DNA of 64,000 nucleotides from a virus. Its lineage: Duplodnaviria; Heunggongvirae; Uroviricota; Caudoviricetes. Both the position numbers and the translations under genes were made by a program. The notes under the pieces are model-generated. The model searched no databases and had not been told where the DNA came from. It saw only the letters and a list, made by a program, of their open reading frames with translations. Position 1 is the stretch's first letter. Each line of letters opens with the position of its first letter. Of this stretch, positions 28,659-39,900 are shown one piece after another. The DNA lies in IMG/VR virus record IMGVR_UViG_2671181136_000006; one strand, 5' to 3'.

Positions 28659-28834
28659 GCTGCCACCTCTTTGATTACATCAAATGCTGAATTAAATACG
28701 AGCACGATAGCCAAAGCGTTTATGACTACGTCGTGCACCGGGGAAAAGACTTTACGAATGACACCAGTGAAAATGCAGTCGATGACAAAAGCTATTGAAA
28801 CGATGAGTAACAAGTATTCAATAAAAATCTTCAT
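28655..28834 (-). CDS. small membrane protein (not in ORF track)
   Basis: 59-codon ORF, two hydrophobic segments, stop overlaps next start (ATGA). Confidence 0.3.
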   Translation of the reverse strand: MKIFIEYLLLIVSIAFVIDCIFTGVIRKVFSPVHDVVINALAIVLVFNSAFDVIKEVAA

Positions 28835-28873
28835 GATAGGTAGATACTAACTTATATAAACTTTACTGTAAAC

Positions 28874-29149
28874 TCACTCAAAAGTGCTGATGCTTAAAAT
28901 ACGCTCAAGATGTTCAGCATCTTCATTACTGATTTGTTGAGTCTCTTCTACGTACCAACAGTTGCCGTTATGCCAACAAACACCATCATCATCAACCATC
29001 ACTGAATCAGCGTCATGACCTGTATATTCAACAAGAGTACGCTGGATCAGCGCGTCAGTTTCTTCATCGTTAAGGCCATCGACTTTGACCATAAAAAGCG
29101 GAAACACGTCATAGACAGTGCTGGTAACGATTCGAACTAAAACTCTCAT
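28874..29149 (-). CDS. hypothetical protein
   Basis: 91-aa ORF. Confidence 0.35.
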   Translation of the reverse strand: MRVLVRIVTSTVYDVFPLFMVKVDGLNDEETDALIQRTLVEYTGHDADSVMVDDDGVCWHNGNCWYVEETQQISNEDAEHLERILSISTFE

Positions 29150-29204
29150 GTGTTTTTCCTTTTGTGGTTAGTGTTTACTTATTTTGTTAGTTATGAATAG
29201 GCGA

Positions 29205-29630
29205 TCAATCTTCTTGGTTAGGGAAAAACTGTTCAATAACTCTGTCAACGGCTGTGTCTATATGGAGTAGATGCCACACAACCATATCTTTGCTTCCCAT
29301 GCCTTGTGTGAATATCACGTCATACTTACGCCATGCGCAGTGGAACCAATATGCTGAGTCATCAATTGGTAAATCCTCTCCCGCCTCTTTGAAGTATTTC
29401 AGCAGCATTGCCTGCTCTGCCGTTGGCGTTGGACCTATTTCCTGAGCGTACATACGGATGAATCGCTGCCAGTCTGTCTCGTCGGGGGTTGGATCTGATG
29501 GGGTCATTTCTGCGATAGCGTTTCGTAGCTGATGCGCCCAATCAGGTTCAGGAAAGCCTTTTGATACTTCATCATCAATAACATCCAGAGCCGCGTTTGC
29601 GGCATCGTAGAGTTTCTTAATTGCTGCCAT
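29205..29630 (-). CDS. hypothetical protein
   Basis: 141-aa ORF. Confidence 0.4.
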   Translation of the reverse strand: MAAIKKLYDAANAALDVIDDEVSKGFPEPDWAHQLRNAIAEMTPSDPTPDETDWQRFIRMYAQEIGPTPTAEQAMLLKYFKEAGEDLPIDDSAYWFHCAWRKYDVIFTQGMGSKDMVVWHLLHIDTAVDRVIEQFFPNQED

Positions 29631-29691
29631 GTTTACTTCTCCTTATAAATAGGAAAATAATCACCTTTGAAAAAATAAAGCAAAGATATAT

Positions 29692-30081
29692 TCACTCCGA
29701 TACAAGACGTTTATATGCTTCGATGTCTCGACGTGCTTCACCGAGTTTTCTTCTTAGGTCCATATTTTCTGATTCAAGTTTTTCAATGTTTTTTTGGTAT
29801 CGGCCACGATGTTCTTCCCAGGCATCCTGATATGCCTTCATATATGTCGTATTAGCCTTTCTTTTTGCCTGACGAACCGCGTGGTGATTTTCTACAAACC
29901 AGTCAGGGTCGTTAAATGCTGCTCTTGCGCATTTATACCAATAATCGGTTGACTCTCTGTTTAACCAATGAATGGTGATAAATGGTAATCGAATAGACAG
30001 AATTTTTCGTTTGGAATCTCGCTCACCAAACATATGCCCTTTTTTTATCTTTAAACCGAACCCAGGTTGAATTAAAAGCAT
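29692..30081 (-). CDS. hypothetical protein
   Basis: 129-aa ORF. Confidence 0.35.
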   Translation of the reverse strand: MLLIQPGFGLKIKKGHMFGERDSKRKILSIRLPFITIHWLNRESTDYWYKCARAAFNDPDWFVENHHAVRQAKRKANTTYMKAYQDAWEEHRGRYQKNIEKLESENMDLRRKLGEARRDIEAYKRLVSE

Positions 30082-30101
30082 TGTCAGTACCTCAGATGCA
30101 T

Positions 30102-30842
30102 TTATGGCAGTAATTCTTTACCGCTTTCCATTTTGGTGATAGAGACAGTAGGATCATCGTTAATGCATGATTCTGTGCCTAATGCTGCTAACCCTTTACG
30201 CATAACCGTGCCCGCAACATACGCCTCAATCTCCGCCTTTCCAGATGAGACAATTTCATCCATTTGTTCCTGCATTAATTCGGTAGCAAAGCACAGATTT
30301 TCAGGAAGGTTAGCTACAGCAGATGCTAGTTTTCTATATAGTTCTTCAAGGTCACGTTTTCCAGCTCTTCCTTTTTTTACAAGTTCACCTAGCTCTGAAA
30401 CTTGCTGATTAAGTCGATCAATCTCACTATTCGTAGCGGCCTTTATTTGATCGTTGAATTTTTGCCGAATACTTTTTTGCTCGGCAATATCATGAACTCT
30501 AATTGAGTCTCCAATGGTTTTATATGAAATAGTGCATGGCACACCTTCGCCCACTCCAAAACTGCTAACCATAGCAGCCCATTGTGCCTGGCTAAGTCTA
30601 ATTTCAACTAAAGGCCGTCTATTGCAACTTCTTTGTGGGCGGGTTCGTTCATTGTCTAAGGACAGTTCCGCCTCGTAAACGCCTATTTCAATATAGTCTC
30701 TATGTTCCAGTTCTGAATCAAATAGGCGAATGCCAGTTGTGCTAACACGGCTTGTTTTCACAAGACCGAACGCTGGATGTGTTTGAATTTTTTCCCCATG
30801 TTTATTAAGGGTCGTTTTTGGTTCTTCAATTTTTCTTTTCAT
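30102..30842 (-). CDS. hypothetical protein
   Basis: 246-aa ORF. Confidence 0.4.
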   Translation of the reverse strand: MKRKIEEPKTTLNKHGEKIQTHPAFGLVKTSRVSTTGIRLFDSELEHRDYIEIGVYEAELSLDNERTRPQRSCNRRPLVEIRLSQAQWAAMVSSFGVGEGVPCTISYKTIGDSIRVHDIAEQKSIRQKFNDQIKAATNSEIDRLNQQVSELGELVKKGRAGKRDLEELYRKLASAVANLPENLCFATELMQEQMDEIVSSGKAEIEAYVAGTVMRKGLAALGTESCINDDPTVSITKMESGKELLP

Positions 30843-30888
30843 CTTATTAACCTCTATGCTTCATGCGTAAAGCTAAATGACAATTTTT

Positions 30889-31713
30889 TTAATATCCGGC
30901 GTATTCGTATTCTTCATTTAGACCGTATTCTTGTGGAGTGATACCAGGACAACATAACTCAAAGGCGAACTTGCGCCATTTGATTTTTTCTTCTGACGAT
31001 TGTTTGTTATTCGCCGGTGCAATGTAGTCATATTCCCATTTGCCGTTGCGAAGTAAAATGAATCCGCAGTTATTGCCGAAGTCTTCGTCTGCATAACGTA
31101 TTACAAACTCAAGGTGCGGGAACTTTCTAGCCATCGCTTGATAAATTGGTTTTGGCATAGACCAGGCTGTTTCAAAGCGAATCACCAACTCACCACCAGT
31201 TGCGGCATGTCTTGCAAGACGTTTTTTATAGATTCGTTTTGCATATGCTCGAACGTGTGTATGGCGGAAATTATGGCCGTACTTAATACGTGTAGGGATA
31301 CGTTTTACGGGCATTTCGATGTTGTAGGCATTCCATTTTGTTCCCCAATTAGCTCGCGACCAGTCAAACCATGAGTAATAGCCATAGCGACGATAATTCT
31401 CAAGCCGCATAAGAGCCTGCTCTTTGATTTTGCGAATTTCCTTGCGTGTCATTCCTGATTCACGCATAGCTAATTCGACCTGTTCTGGAGTCTTTAATTC
31501 ACCGAACATGTGGTCGTAAACTGTTTCGCCCGCCATTGCAGAGGCCATGCGCCTGATATGATTGTTTTCTTCCATTTCTATACTTTTCGGACGTCTGCAA
31601 ATGGTATTAAAGTCAATTAGACCTTTTTTGTTAGTTATGGCACGTATGAAATCTAAGCGTTGTTTATTTGTACCACCTATGACTCGGATTTCGTTTGTAA
31701 TGTGGTTGGGCAT
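30889..31713 (-). CDS. hypothetical protein
   Basis: 274 aa; W/Y-rich central motif WFDWSRANWGTKWNAY, family not recognised. Confidence 0.4.
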   Translation of the reverse strand: MPNHITNEIRVIGGTNKQRLDFIRAITNKKGLIDFNTICRRPKSIEMEENNHIRRMASAMAGETVYDHMFGELKTPEQVELAMRESGMTRKEIRKIKEQALMRLENYRRYGYYSWFDWSRANWGTKWNAYNIEMPVKRIPTRIKYGHNFRHTHVRAYAKRIYKKRLARHAATGGELVIRFETAWSMPKPIYQAMARKFPHLEFVIRYADEDFGNNCGFILLRNGKWEYDYIAPANNKQSSEEKIKWRKFAFELCCPGITPQEYGLNEEYEYAGY

Positions 31714-31764
31714 AATTAACTTAACCTTTTAACAAATTGTTTTCTTGTGTGTGATAATAACGAG

Positions 31765-31792
31765 AATAAAACGGCGTCCAACTGGACGCCTG
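31765..31792 (-). terminator. rho-independent terminator
   Basis: GGCGTCCAACTGGACGCC hairpin plus T-run on minus strand. Confidence 0.5.
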
Positions 31793-31808
31793 ATCTTCTT
31801 AATGAGAG

Positions 31809-32639
31809 TTATTTCACTGTAATGAAAGGAGTGTTAGCCCCTTGAGTCATGTACTGCGGTAACTGGCCATTCCATTTATTGATGGCTTCCAGCTCCATAA
31901 CGTTCGGGTTTTGACGCAGAGCTTCACCGCGCAGACGAATGGCGTCGGCTTCTGCTTGCGCACGAGCACGGATAGCATCAGCTTCACCATTAGCCTGTTC
32001 ACGTAGCATATTTGCCTCAGCTTTACGCTGTTCAACTTCCTGCTGACGTTGCAGAGTACGCTGGTTAGCCGTTACTTTGGCGTTGATAGATTCAATGACG
32101 GTTTTTGGGTAATCAGGCTTTCCAACCCATGACAGGCTCAGTACCTCAATACCAACCGGAGACATCTCTTTCTGAATATCTTTCAGTGCGTTGTCCAGCA
32201 ATTGCGCCTTACCACCGTCGATAAATGAGTCAGTGGTCATACGGCTGGCCAAACGGTTTAGAGAGTCGGCAATTTTCTGACGCAGATCTGATTCGGTGAT
32301 ATCGTCTACGCCTTTGCGATAGGTCTGGAACACCGTCGTTACCTTGTCACGATTAACCAGATACGCAACGCCAATTTTGTGACCAATAGCAGTACCGTCA
32401 CTCATCTGGAATGTGAACGGCTCGTCGTAGGTCTTCATTTGTTTGAAGGTCGGGAATACGTAAAGTTCGGTGTTAAGACCTGTCCATTGGCGACCAACGC
32501 CAACCACTTCACCGATCCCTTTGTCTTCACCTAGTTTGTTTACTTTGATGCCAACGTATCCAGGCTCCACGCGATCACAGCCAGTAAGACCCATTGTGCA
32601 AATAGCCGCCAGAGCAACTGCAAGTAAACCTTTCTTCAT
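31809..32639 (-). CDS. SPFH/band-7 domain lipoprotein
   Basis: lipoprotein signal (LTGC), SPFH-like core, C-terminal coiled-coil with EA-repeat typical of HflK/C-like proteins. Confidence 0.7.
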   Translation of the reverse strand: MKKGLLAVALAAICTMGLTGCDRVEPGYVGIKVNKLGEDKGIGEVVGVGRQWTGLNTELYVFPTFKQMKTYDEPFTFQMSDGTAIGHKIGVAYLVNRDKVTTVFQTYRKGVDDITESDLRQKIADSLNRLASRMTTDSFIDGGKAQLLDNALKDIQKEMSPVGIEVLSLSWVGKPDYPKTVIESINAKVTANQRTLQRQQEVEQRKAEANMLREQANGEADAIRARAQAEADAIRLRGEALRQNPNVMELEAINKWNGQLPQYMTQGANTPFITVK

Positions 32640-32642
32640 TAC

Positions 32643-32843
32643 TTATTTCCCCTTTGCTTTGATTAATGAGTTGATAAACTTACGACCAGCAATAAGACCG
32701 ATTACAGGAGCACCAAAACCAACGATAACTCCAAACATGACGGCTAAATCACTCTTGGTAGAAATCAGCGACGGAACCAGTAAACCGTAGATGAGAGCCA
32801 CTGAAACGCCTGTGGCTACTGCCAATAGATAGATTTTGATCAT
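32643..32843 (-). CDS. small two-TM membrane protein
   Basis: 66 aa, two hydrophobic helices; immediately upstream of SPFH gene. Confidence 0.4.
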   Translation of the reverse strand: MIKIYLLAVATGVSVALIYGLLVPSLISTKSDLAVMFGVIVGFGAPVIGLIAGRKFINSLIKAKGK

Positions 32844-32904
32844 GTGTTTTCCTATGTGGTTGTTATGCGAAAATAATAAGTAAGTACTTATATATTTTCA
32901 AGAG

Positions 32905-32932
32905 ATAAAAAAGGCGTCCTGTGGACGCCTTG
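32905..32932 (-). terminator. rho-independent terminator
   Basis: GGCGTCCTGTGGACGCC hairpin with T-run on minus strand. Confidence 0.5.
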
Positions 32933-32935
32933 TGT

Positions 32936-34009
32936 TTACTCTTCTACTGACTCGGTGGGGTTGTCTTTTGCTCTTCGGTCGTCGATTGCCTGCAAAGCCG
33001 CAATGATTTCAGCCAGTGGCTTCTCCCGATACATCTCGACGATCTGCGATTTGGTGTATTTCTTGTCACCAATTTCAACTCGCCCGCTGGCGTTCTTTGG
33101 CAGGTATCCTTCTTCCAGCATGTACTCGACGAGCGATTCGATAACGTCGAGGCCACGAGTAGGATCGAAGTAGAATTTCCAGGTGCATTTGCCATACGGT
33201 GGTGCAACTTTGTTTTTGATGCATTCTGCGCCTACGTCCTGGCCGATCTTCTCTTTACCATCCTTCATCACCGATGCACCAAGACGGATACGTACAGAAG
33301 CGTAGAACTTCGGTGAATCTCCACCTGGCGACGTAGTAGGGTCGCCAAACATTACACCGATTTTTGTGCGAACCTGATTCAAGAAGATGATGCAGGCGTT
33401 GTATTTGCGTGCCCACAAAGCCAGAGTAGGGAAGTTCGCACTTGTCGCACGAGCCAGTGCCGTATTGTCGTTCATGTTCAGCTGATCTTTGTCTTTGGCA
33501 GTGCCTTCAGCCATCTTTTCGAACTTCTCGGCTTTGGAGTTCGGAACCATAGACGCAAGTGAGTCAGCCACGATACAGATAGGTGCTGATTCAGGAATAA
33601 GCTCTTCATCACGTACCAATTTAAGAATTGTGCCGATCAACTCTACAGAGTCTTCGAAGGTATCAGGCTGCTTGTATACCCACTGACCGTCATCCTCATC
33701 TGCGTTCAGGCCATTGGCTACAGCCAGGCCAACGTCAAAACTGTTTTCATGATCGAGGAATACCGCCAGACCATCTTGTTTTTGAGCGGAGATCATCGCT
33801 GCTGTTGCAAGGAACGTTTTCCCTGCACTTGGAGGACCGAATACTTCGACGATACGACCACATGGGAAGCCGCCATCGTAACGACCAGAAATAGCTTTGT
33901 TTAACGGTGGAAAGCCTGTATCAATCCAATGAGTTACTTTCTGAATTTCGTCGTTGCTACCGATTTTCTTTTTCAGAGCAAGTGCCAGTGCGGATTTTCC
34001 TTTTGCCAT
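32936..34009 (-). CDS. recA: RecA-family recombinase
   Basis: GRIVEVFGPPSAGKT Walker A, NQVRTKIGVMFGDPTTSPGG L2-like region near-identical in pattern to RecA. Confidence 0.85.
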   Translation of the reverse strand: MAKGKSALALALKKKIGSNDEIQKVTHWIDTGFPPLNKAISGRYDGGFPCGRIVEVFGPPSAGKTFLATAAMISAQKQDGLAVFLDHENSFDVGLAVANGLNADEDDGQWVYKQPDTFEDSVELIGTILKLVRDEELIPESAPICIVADSLASMVPNSKAEKFEKMAEGTAKDKDQLNMNDNTALARATSANFPTLALWARKYNACIIFLNQVRTKIGVMFGDPTTSPGGDSPKFYASVRIRLGASVMKDGKEKIGQDVGAECIKNKVAPPYGKCTWKFYFDPTRGLDVIESLVEYMLEEGYLPKNASGRVEIGDKKYTKSQIVEMYREKPLAEIIAALQAIDDRRAKDNPTESVEE

Positions 34010-34011
34010 GA

Positions 34012-34284
34012 TCAGGCTCCTTTTGTTTCGTTGATTCGTTTTAAAGCGGCGGATTCGTCGAATACAATCGCATCGTGGTTAAGGAGTCTGGATACACGAG
34101 CGAGGATTTTTACGACCTGCTCGCTGACTAATCCAAACTCGCGATCTGTCGCTTTCATTCCGGCAGCGCCTAGAATTGACGGCAGTGCGATGACAGCGTA
34201 CTCACCGTGATAAAAGACAATTTCTTTTGCCAGTTGGGCAGGGGTGGTTGTAGCGCCATTGATAATCGATTTAAGCATTAGCAA
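34012..34284 (-). CDS. hypothetical protein
   Basis: 90-aa ORF. Confidence 0.35.
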   Translation of the reverse strand: MLMLKSIINGATTTPAQLAKEIVFYHGEYAVIALPSILGAAGMKATDREFGLVSEQVVKILARVSRLLNHDAIVFDESAALKRINETKGA

Positions 34285-35273
34285 TACCTTTCGAATGGAA
34301 GAACAAACACTTCAAGGTCTTCAAGGAACGAACGGAAATTCAGCTCGTAGCACAGTTGCTCGAATGCTTTCACGTCACGATTGCCTTTGATTGTTTCGAT
34401 TTCGGTAGGCGGAAACTTCGTCTCAATCAGGTTCATTAGCGTGATGTTTCTCTTGAACGCTTCGAGCATTCGACAGCCTGTTTTCTCGTTGAAGGCATTC
34501 TTCGCTAGTTTGTTGAAGGCGGTCTTATGGCGTCCTTTGTCAACCACGATTGAGCCGTCGTTGATACCGCGTACCATCGTTGCGACACTTCCCCATTCAT
34601 GCAGCAGCTCTTTCGCACCGCCAGCACCAATGCCACCAACACCGCTAATGTTGTCCGATTTATCGCCTTGTAATGCTTTTGCTTCCAAAAATGCGCGAGG
34701 AGTAGCGAATCCTGTCAGTTCCGCAAATTGCTCAAAATTAACCTGCTTGTTTTTGGCGTCTTCGCGCAGGCTTACCCAGCTTACGTTTTCGCGAACTAAC
34801 TGAAGCCAGTCGCTATCGCCTGTTAACAGATAGATGTGTTCAACGATTGGCTGCGGTGCAATGCTGGCTACCAGCAGCCCGGCCAGATCATCCGCTTCTG
34901 CATCTTTTGCAATGAGTTGGGTAACTCCAAGCGCGGTCATCATTTTGAGGATGTATGGCTTCTGGATAGCAAAGCCTTCCTTCATCTTTTTCATATCAGG
35001 ATCGTCGTCGCGATTTGCTTTGTAGTCCGGGTAAAAGTCGCGACGCTTGTCACTAAATCCATCCCAAAGAATCATAGGTCGGGCATGGAGGATGGAGGCA
35101 TAACGACGGACGTTCTTAACAAAGCCGAAAGCAGCCTGTACTTCCATTTCGCCGTTGTGCAATTTGTCAGATTGTTGGTGGTAATAACCCAGGCTATTGC
35201 CATCTACGAAGAGATAATTCACCGGTACATTCCTTCCAAAAAGTAAGGCGTCCGTAGACGCCTTACTGGTCAC
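34278..35273 (-). CDS. 5'-3' exonuclease / flap endonuclease (Pol I N-terminal-like)
   Basis: LFVDGNSLGYY N-terminal motif, acidic clusters, H3TH GIGAGGAKEL; 5' end overlaps a hairpin so true start may be downstream. Confidence 0.8.
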   Translation of the reverse strand: MTSKASTDALLFGRNVPVNYLFVDGNSLGYYHQQSDKLHNGEMEVQAAFGFVKNVRRYASILHARPMILWDGFSDKRRDFYPDYKANRDDDPDMKKMKEGFAIQKPYILKMMTALGVTQLIAKDAEADDLAGLLVASIAPQPIVEHIYLLTGDSDWLQLVRENVSWVSLREDAKNKQVNFEQFAELTGFATPRAFLEAKALQGDKSDNISGVGGIGAGGAKELLHEWGSVATMVRGINDGSIVVDKGRHKTAFNKLAKNAFNEKTGCRMLEAFKRNITLMNLIETKFPPTEIETIKGNRDVKAFEQLCYELNFRSFLEDLEVFVLPFERYC

Positions 35274-35282
35274 GTAATGGGA

Positions 35283-36311
35283 TTACAGAGAGTCCAGCTC
35301 TCTCAGTAGGTCATCCAGACCTTCATCTTCCGTCGCAGATGCGGCTGCTACAGATGTCGCTGCGACTGCTTCAGACTCTTTGACTGATACTGCAACGGCA
35401 GCGGGACTTGCTTCTGGTTTAAATTCAGTTTCAACGGCACGGAGGATTTCTTCATCAACCAGACTGGTTGGTTCAGAAGCTGGGGTATGAGCGGTAGCTA
35501 CAGCAGTCGCACCCTCCGTATGACCAGTGACAGAGCCAAATCCAGGTAGTGCCGCAGCCGATGTTTTCGCGGTTGAGGAAATTGCTGGTGCAGATGCTGC
35601 GGCAGTTGGTGCAGCGATGCCAATCAGACGACCCATAGTGCGAACTGTCGACAGAAGACGAGTTTCATCAGCCTGATTTGCGTATGCGATCAGATCATGC
35701 TGGGTATTCCAGAATTTATCTTCGATATCGCCTTTGTAGACTTTACGCTTAGGCGAGACGTCATATTTGGTATCGCGACCAGAGCCAGTACGTTTAATCA
35801 GGAATGCGTAGCCTTCCTCTTTGCTCAGTGGATTGCCGATATCATCAGCGATGTCTTCGGTGATTGCTTTGCAGATATCATCGAATACAGTAGACGGCAG
35901 CTCGATTAACTGGCATTTCTCAGCATCTGCGAAATCCTCACGAGCAGAAAGAATGCCGTTGACCAGGTAGCGAGGAGTGGCACGCATTTGACCGATGCGT
36001 TCTTCCATTGCTTTGTTACCCTTGTGACGAGCGCGACCTTCCATCACCATTTCGCATAGCTGACAAGCGCGACCGTGAGTATGTTGCTCACAAATATAAG
36101 CGTTGGTTGCTTCTTTACCTTCCTCGTTCTGATACTTAACGTAGTGCATACCGAAAGTCTGGAAGAACTTACCGTTTGGGTCGTCTTTATTCGGGAAGAT
36201 GCGGATATAGTTGACGCCGTCTTTTAAGCGAGTCAGATCAACGTTGTTACCACGTTTGGCGGCAATGTCTTCACGAGTTTTGTTAAGCAAATCAAGTAAT
36301 GTCTTAGACAT
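35283..36311 (-). CDS. putative ssDNA-binding protein
   Basis: C-x2-H...C-x2-C zinc-like cluster (CEQHTHGRACQLC), Ala/Ser-rich linker, acidic C-terminal tail EDEGLDDLLRELDSL. Confidence 0.45.
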   Translation of the reverse strand: MSKTLLDLLNKTREDIAAKRGNNVDLTRLKDGVNYIRIFPNKDDPNGKFFQTFGMHYVKYQNEEGKEATNAYICEQHTHGRACQLCEMVMEGRARHKGNKAMEERIGQMRATPRYLVNGILSAREDFADAEKCQLIELPSTVFDDICKAITEDIADDIGNPLSKEEGYAFLIKRTGSGRDTKYDVSPKRKVYKGDIEDKFWNTQHDLIAYANQADETRLLSTVRTMGRLIGIAAPTAAASAPAISSTAKTSAAALPGFGSVTGHTEGATAVATAHTPASEPTSLVDEEILRAVETEFKPEASPAAVAVSVKESEAVAATSVAAASATEDEGLDDLLRELDSL

Positions 36312-36428
36312 GTGTTTCTCCTTGTTGTGATTTGGCCGATGGCGCTATGCGCGTTGGGCTTTCGTTCATTCGTGGCTCTTTCGAGCTGTTAAATGATAGA
36401 TCAGTACTTACTTATTATCTATCAAAAA

Positions 36429-36860
36429 TCAACGGGGAGTAATAAAGCGTTCAGAGCCTAATCGCTCTAATTCAACGATGGCCATCTTTGACGCCTGAAC
36501 GATCATGTCTCGGCGATGCGAAAAGGCGGCGACAGCATGTTTGTATATGTCTGCGATGTGCCGTGCTTCATCCAACTTCTGCCTTTTAGACAGATACTGT
36601 GGGTTTGTTTTAACCTTAGCGTCCAGTACAGATTCGTTGAACTTAATGCCGTTCATACTCAAGTTCTTACGCTCTGTGTCGTATAGCTTTGCTTCAACAG
36701 CTTCAAGGTTAAGTTTTGCCTCTGCGACACTTCTTTCTGCATGAGCGAGTTTTGAGCCATACTCCATTAAAAGGCGGGGTTGTCTGCGCCAGACTTCCTC
36801 CAGATTGTCTCGGTCAAACTCGAGATCAGACATTATTTTCTCGTAAATATCGGTGAACAT
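36429..36860 (-). CDS. hypothetical protein
   Basis: 143-aa ORF. Confidence 0.4.
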   Translation of the reverse strand: MFTDIYEKIMSDLEFDRDNLEEVWRRQPRLLMEYGSKLAHAERSVAEAKLNLEAVEAKLYDTERKNLSMNGIKFNESVLDAKVKTNPQYLSKRQKLDEARHIADIYKHAVAAFSHRRDMIVQASKMAIVELERLGSERFITPR

Positions 36861-36954
36861 GTGCTTTCCTTTTTACTTATCATCTTATATTGATTATATC
36901 ATTGTGATGATAAGGCAAGGAGTTCGAGGATAGGGGATATGAGGGGATAAGAGA

Positions 36955-36982
36955 AAACATGGCCATAGAGGCCATGTTTATT
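36955..36982 (-). terminator. rho-independent terminator
   Basis: CATGGCCATAGAGGCCATG hairpin with T-run on minus strand. Confidence 0.5.
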
Positions 36983-36985
36983 GGA

Positions 36986-39900
36986 TCACGACTTAATAGT
37001 TTCTGCTACGTCGGCTAATATCGCTTCTAGTCGTTCTCCCTCTTCAGGTCTGAAGTAAAGAATGTTGGGGTTAAACCCGTAAAAGACAGTAACGTCAAGG
37101 TCTGGAAGATACTCCTTCCTGCCGACCAAATCGGATGGCTTGTTTTTGTTGTTAAACAATGAAGTTGCCCGGCTGCCACACGTCAGCACATAGGTCGGAC
37201 GCACCAGATTGATCTCTTCACGCATAAAGTCGGTGAACTGGCCGATCTCGTCTTTGGTGTAGTCTTTTTCTTTGTCTTTAACCTTCTTGCAAACACCTGT
37301 GACATAGAGATCGCCCATGCGTAAATCTCCAGCCGTCAATAGCTTGGCCTTAAAGTCGTCGTATCCGTTCTCCATAAAGTAACCGGTTCGAGCATCATTG
37401 CCGTTCGCATTGTCCAGAATGATCATGATTTTCGGCTTAATACCAATGCTGGGGCGGATTAGTTCATCACCTAAGCCCATTTCAGCCGCCATCCGCGTCA
37501 TGAGTACGTTAATCTCAGCCGAACGTTTGGGGTTCATCTCAAACGGACGTGAGGCTTTAACTGCGTCTATGACAAGGTTTCCCATCAATTCAGCCTGGTC
37601 GCGTAGGCGCTCTGGATCAGTTGCTGGCAGACTACCTGGCTCGATGGATGCAAACGCCCCTACTTTTTGCAGCGATTCGCGCACTCGACTATTACAGGCA
37701 CGTTTCTCGACAGCTTCTTCGAATTGCGCCAGTGACTCGAATTTGCCGCCAACTTTTTCTCGCGCTCTCATGATGGCTTGGCAGCCATTCTCAGAACACC
37801 CTTTCACAGCAGAGAAGGGCGCATACAGCACCTGGCTGCCATCTTCAAGCGTGCGGATCTCGATTCGGTTAGATGACACGTTAACGTCTGGTGGCAATAC
37901 GCGAATACCATAGGTCAGCGCATCTTTAACCAGCCCCTGGTGTTTATCTTCGCCAAGAATAGTGAGAGCAGCAGCGAAAAACTCTGCGGGATAATGAGTT
38001 TTCAACCACATAGATTGATAACTGATTAAGGAGTAAGCAACAGAGTGTGATTTGTTGAACTGGTAGGCACCATTCTTTTCGAATGCGGTCCAGATCTCCT
38101 TCGCTTTCATCTCTGATAGCCCTGGATGTGACGCTGTAACGCGTACTGCGTTTATAGGTAGTTTTGCGCCGTACTCAAGTGCCTCTTCGACAGTTTTCAG
38201 TGTTCCGTCTTCGCATTTAAAATGTTCCGCACGGTGAATGCGCTGTGTAGTGCCATCTTCCAGCTCAACGTCTATCCAGCCAGCTTGAGCCTGAACGATG
38301 AACTTCTCACCCATGCTCTTCATTTTCTCCATGTCTTTTTTGCCGATCGCTTTACGAACGCCGTCAGCTTCAGCCATTGTGAAGCCAGCAAGCAATCGAG
38401 TCGCGTTCATCGTCTGTTCCTGATAAAGAATCACGCCATTTGTTTCTGCGGTAAGTTCATCAAGAACGGGGTGTAATGATTCCGGCGTCATAAAGCCTTT
38501 GGCGACAGAAACATAATCATCCAACATGCCTGACTGAATTGGCCCCGGCCGGAAGAGCGCAGTCGTAGCAACAACCGTTTTAAAGCTCATTGGCTCAATT
38601 CCACCACCTAAATCTTTAAGCAGCTTGCGCATTGGGCCTGATTCAAGCTGGAAAACACCTTGAGTGTACCCAGCAGCAAAACCATCCAGCACCTTGCGAT
38701 CTTCAAGAGAAATGGCATCAAGATTGATATCTTCACCTGTGTTCTCTTTTATGTAGCGTTTTGCACTATCGAGCAAATCGAGAGTTGCCAGACCGAGTAC
38801 GTCCAGCTTAATTAGGCCCATAGCCTCGCAGTAACGCTTGTCAAATGCGATACAACGCGCGTCACCACGGCGTTCAACCGGTGTACGTTCTGTCAGAGGA
38901 ACACCTGCTACGATCATCCCTGCCGCATGTCTACCAAAGCCACGCATAAGGCTTTGTAACTTGCAGGCTGCATTGAATGCATCAGGATATTTTGTTGCGT
39001 ATTTGTCGAGACTTGCCAGTTGTTCGCGCAGCTCCTCCAATGGAAGGCTATCATCCTCGACGTTCTTCAGCTCTTTTGATACCGCCATATCTGCGGACTC
39101 CACACCATAAATACGAGCGGTATCACGTAGTGCAGAGGCTGCGCCCAGGTAGGTGAAGTTCGGAATGCCTGCAACGTAATCTTCGCCGTAGCGTTCATTC
39201 AGATACTCGATCACCTCATGGCGACGTGCCTGGCTGAAGTCCAAGTCCGCATCCGGCAAGTCGAGACGCTCAGGGTTGATGAAACGCTCAAACAGAAGAC
39301 CGTGACGGATTGGGTCGACGTTGGTTATGCCTATGCACCACGCCACCAGAGAACCGGCAGAGGAACCACGACCAGGCCCAACGGGAATGCCAGTTTCACG
39401 ACTATGATTCATCAGATCGCGCACCATCAGGAAGTAACCACAGAATCCCAGGCGAGTCAGCGTGTCCATTTCGTACTTTAGCCGCTCAACATAAACCCTG
39501 TTCTCAGAAGCAGGTGGTGTGTATCCAAACTCTTTTGTGGTAAGACGTTTACGCAGCCCTGCAACAGCCAGTTTCATCAGCGTTGCAGGCTCGTCGTCTG
39601 CCATCTTTGGCAGTGCTGGCGGCAATTCATGCCAGCGCCATGTGCAGGCATCGATAATGGTATCCTGCGTTGTTGAGGCCATTGCAGCTGTTACCGGCAC
39701 ATCCATGCGAACGGAGAAGGCTTTAAGCGCCTCAAGGAGATGGCGGCGACCATTGACGGCGTTATCTCGCTGGTGGGGGATACGCAGACGATGCGGCTGG
39801 TCGATTTTGATGTTGTTCGTAACCATGTGCGCAATGTCTTTAATGTCTGCATCGTCGATCGATTCGTAATAAGCGGGATAGAACGCCACTGGCTCTATTT

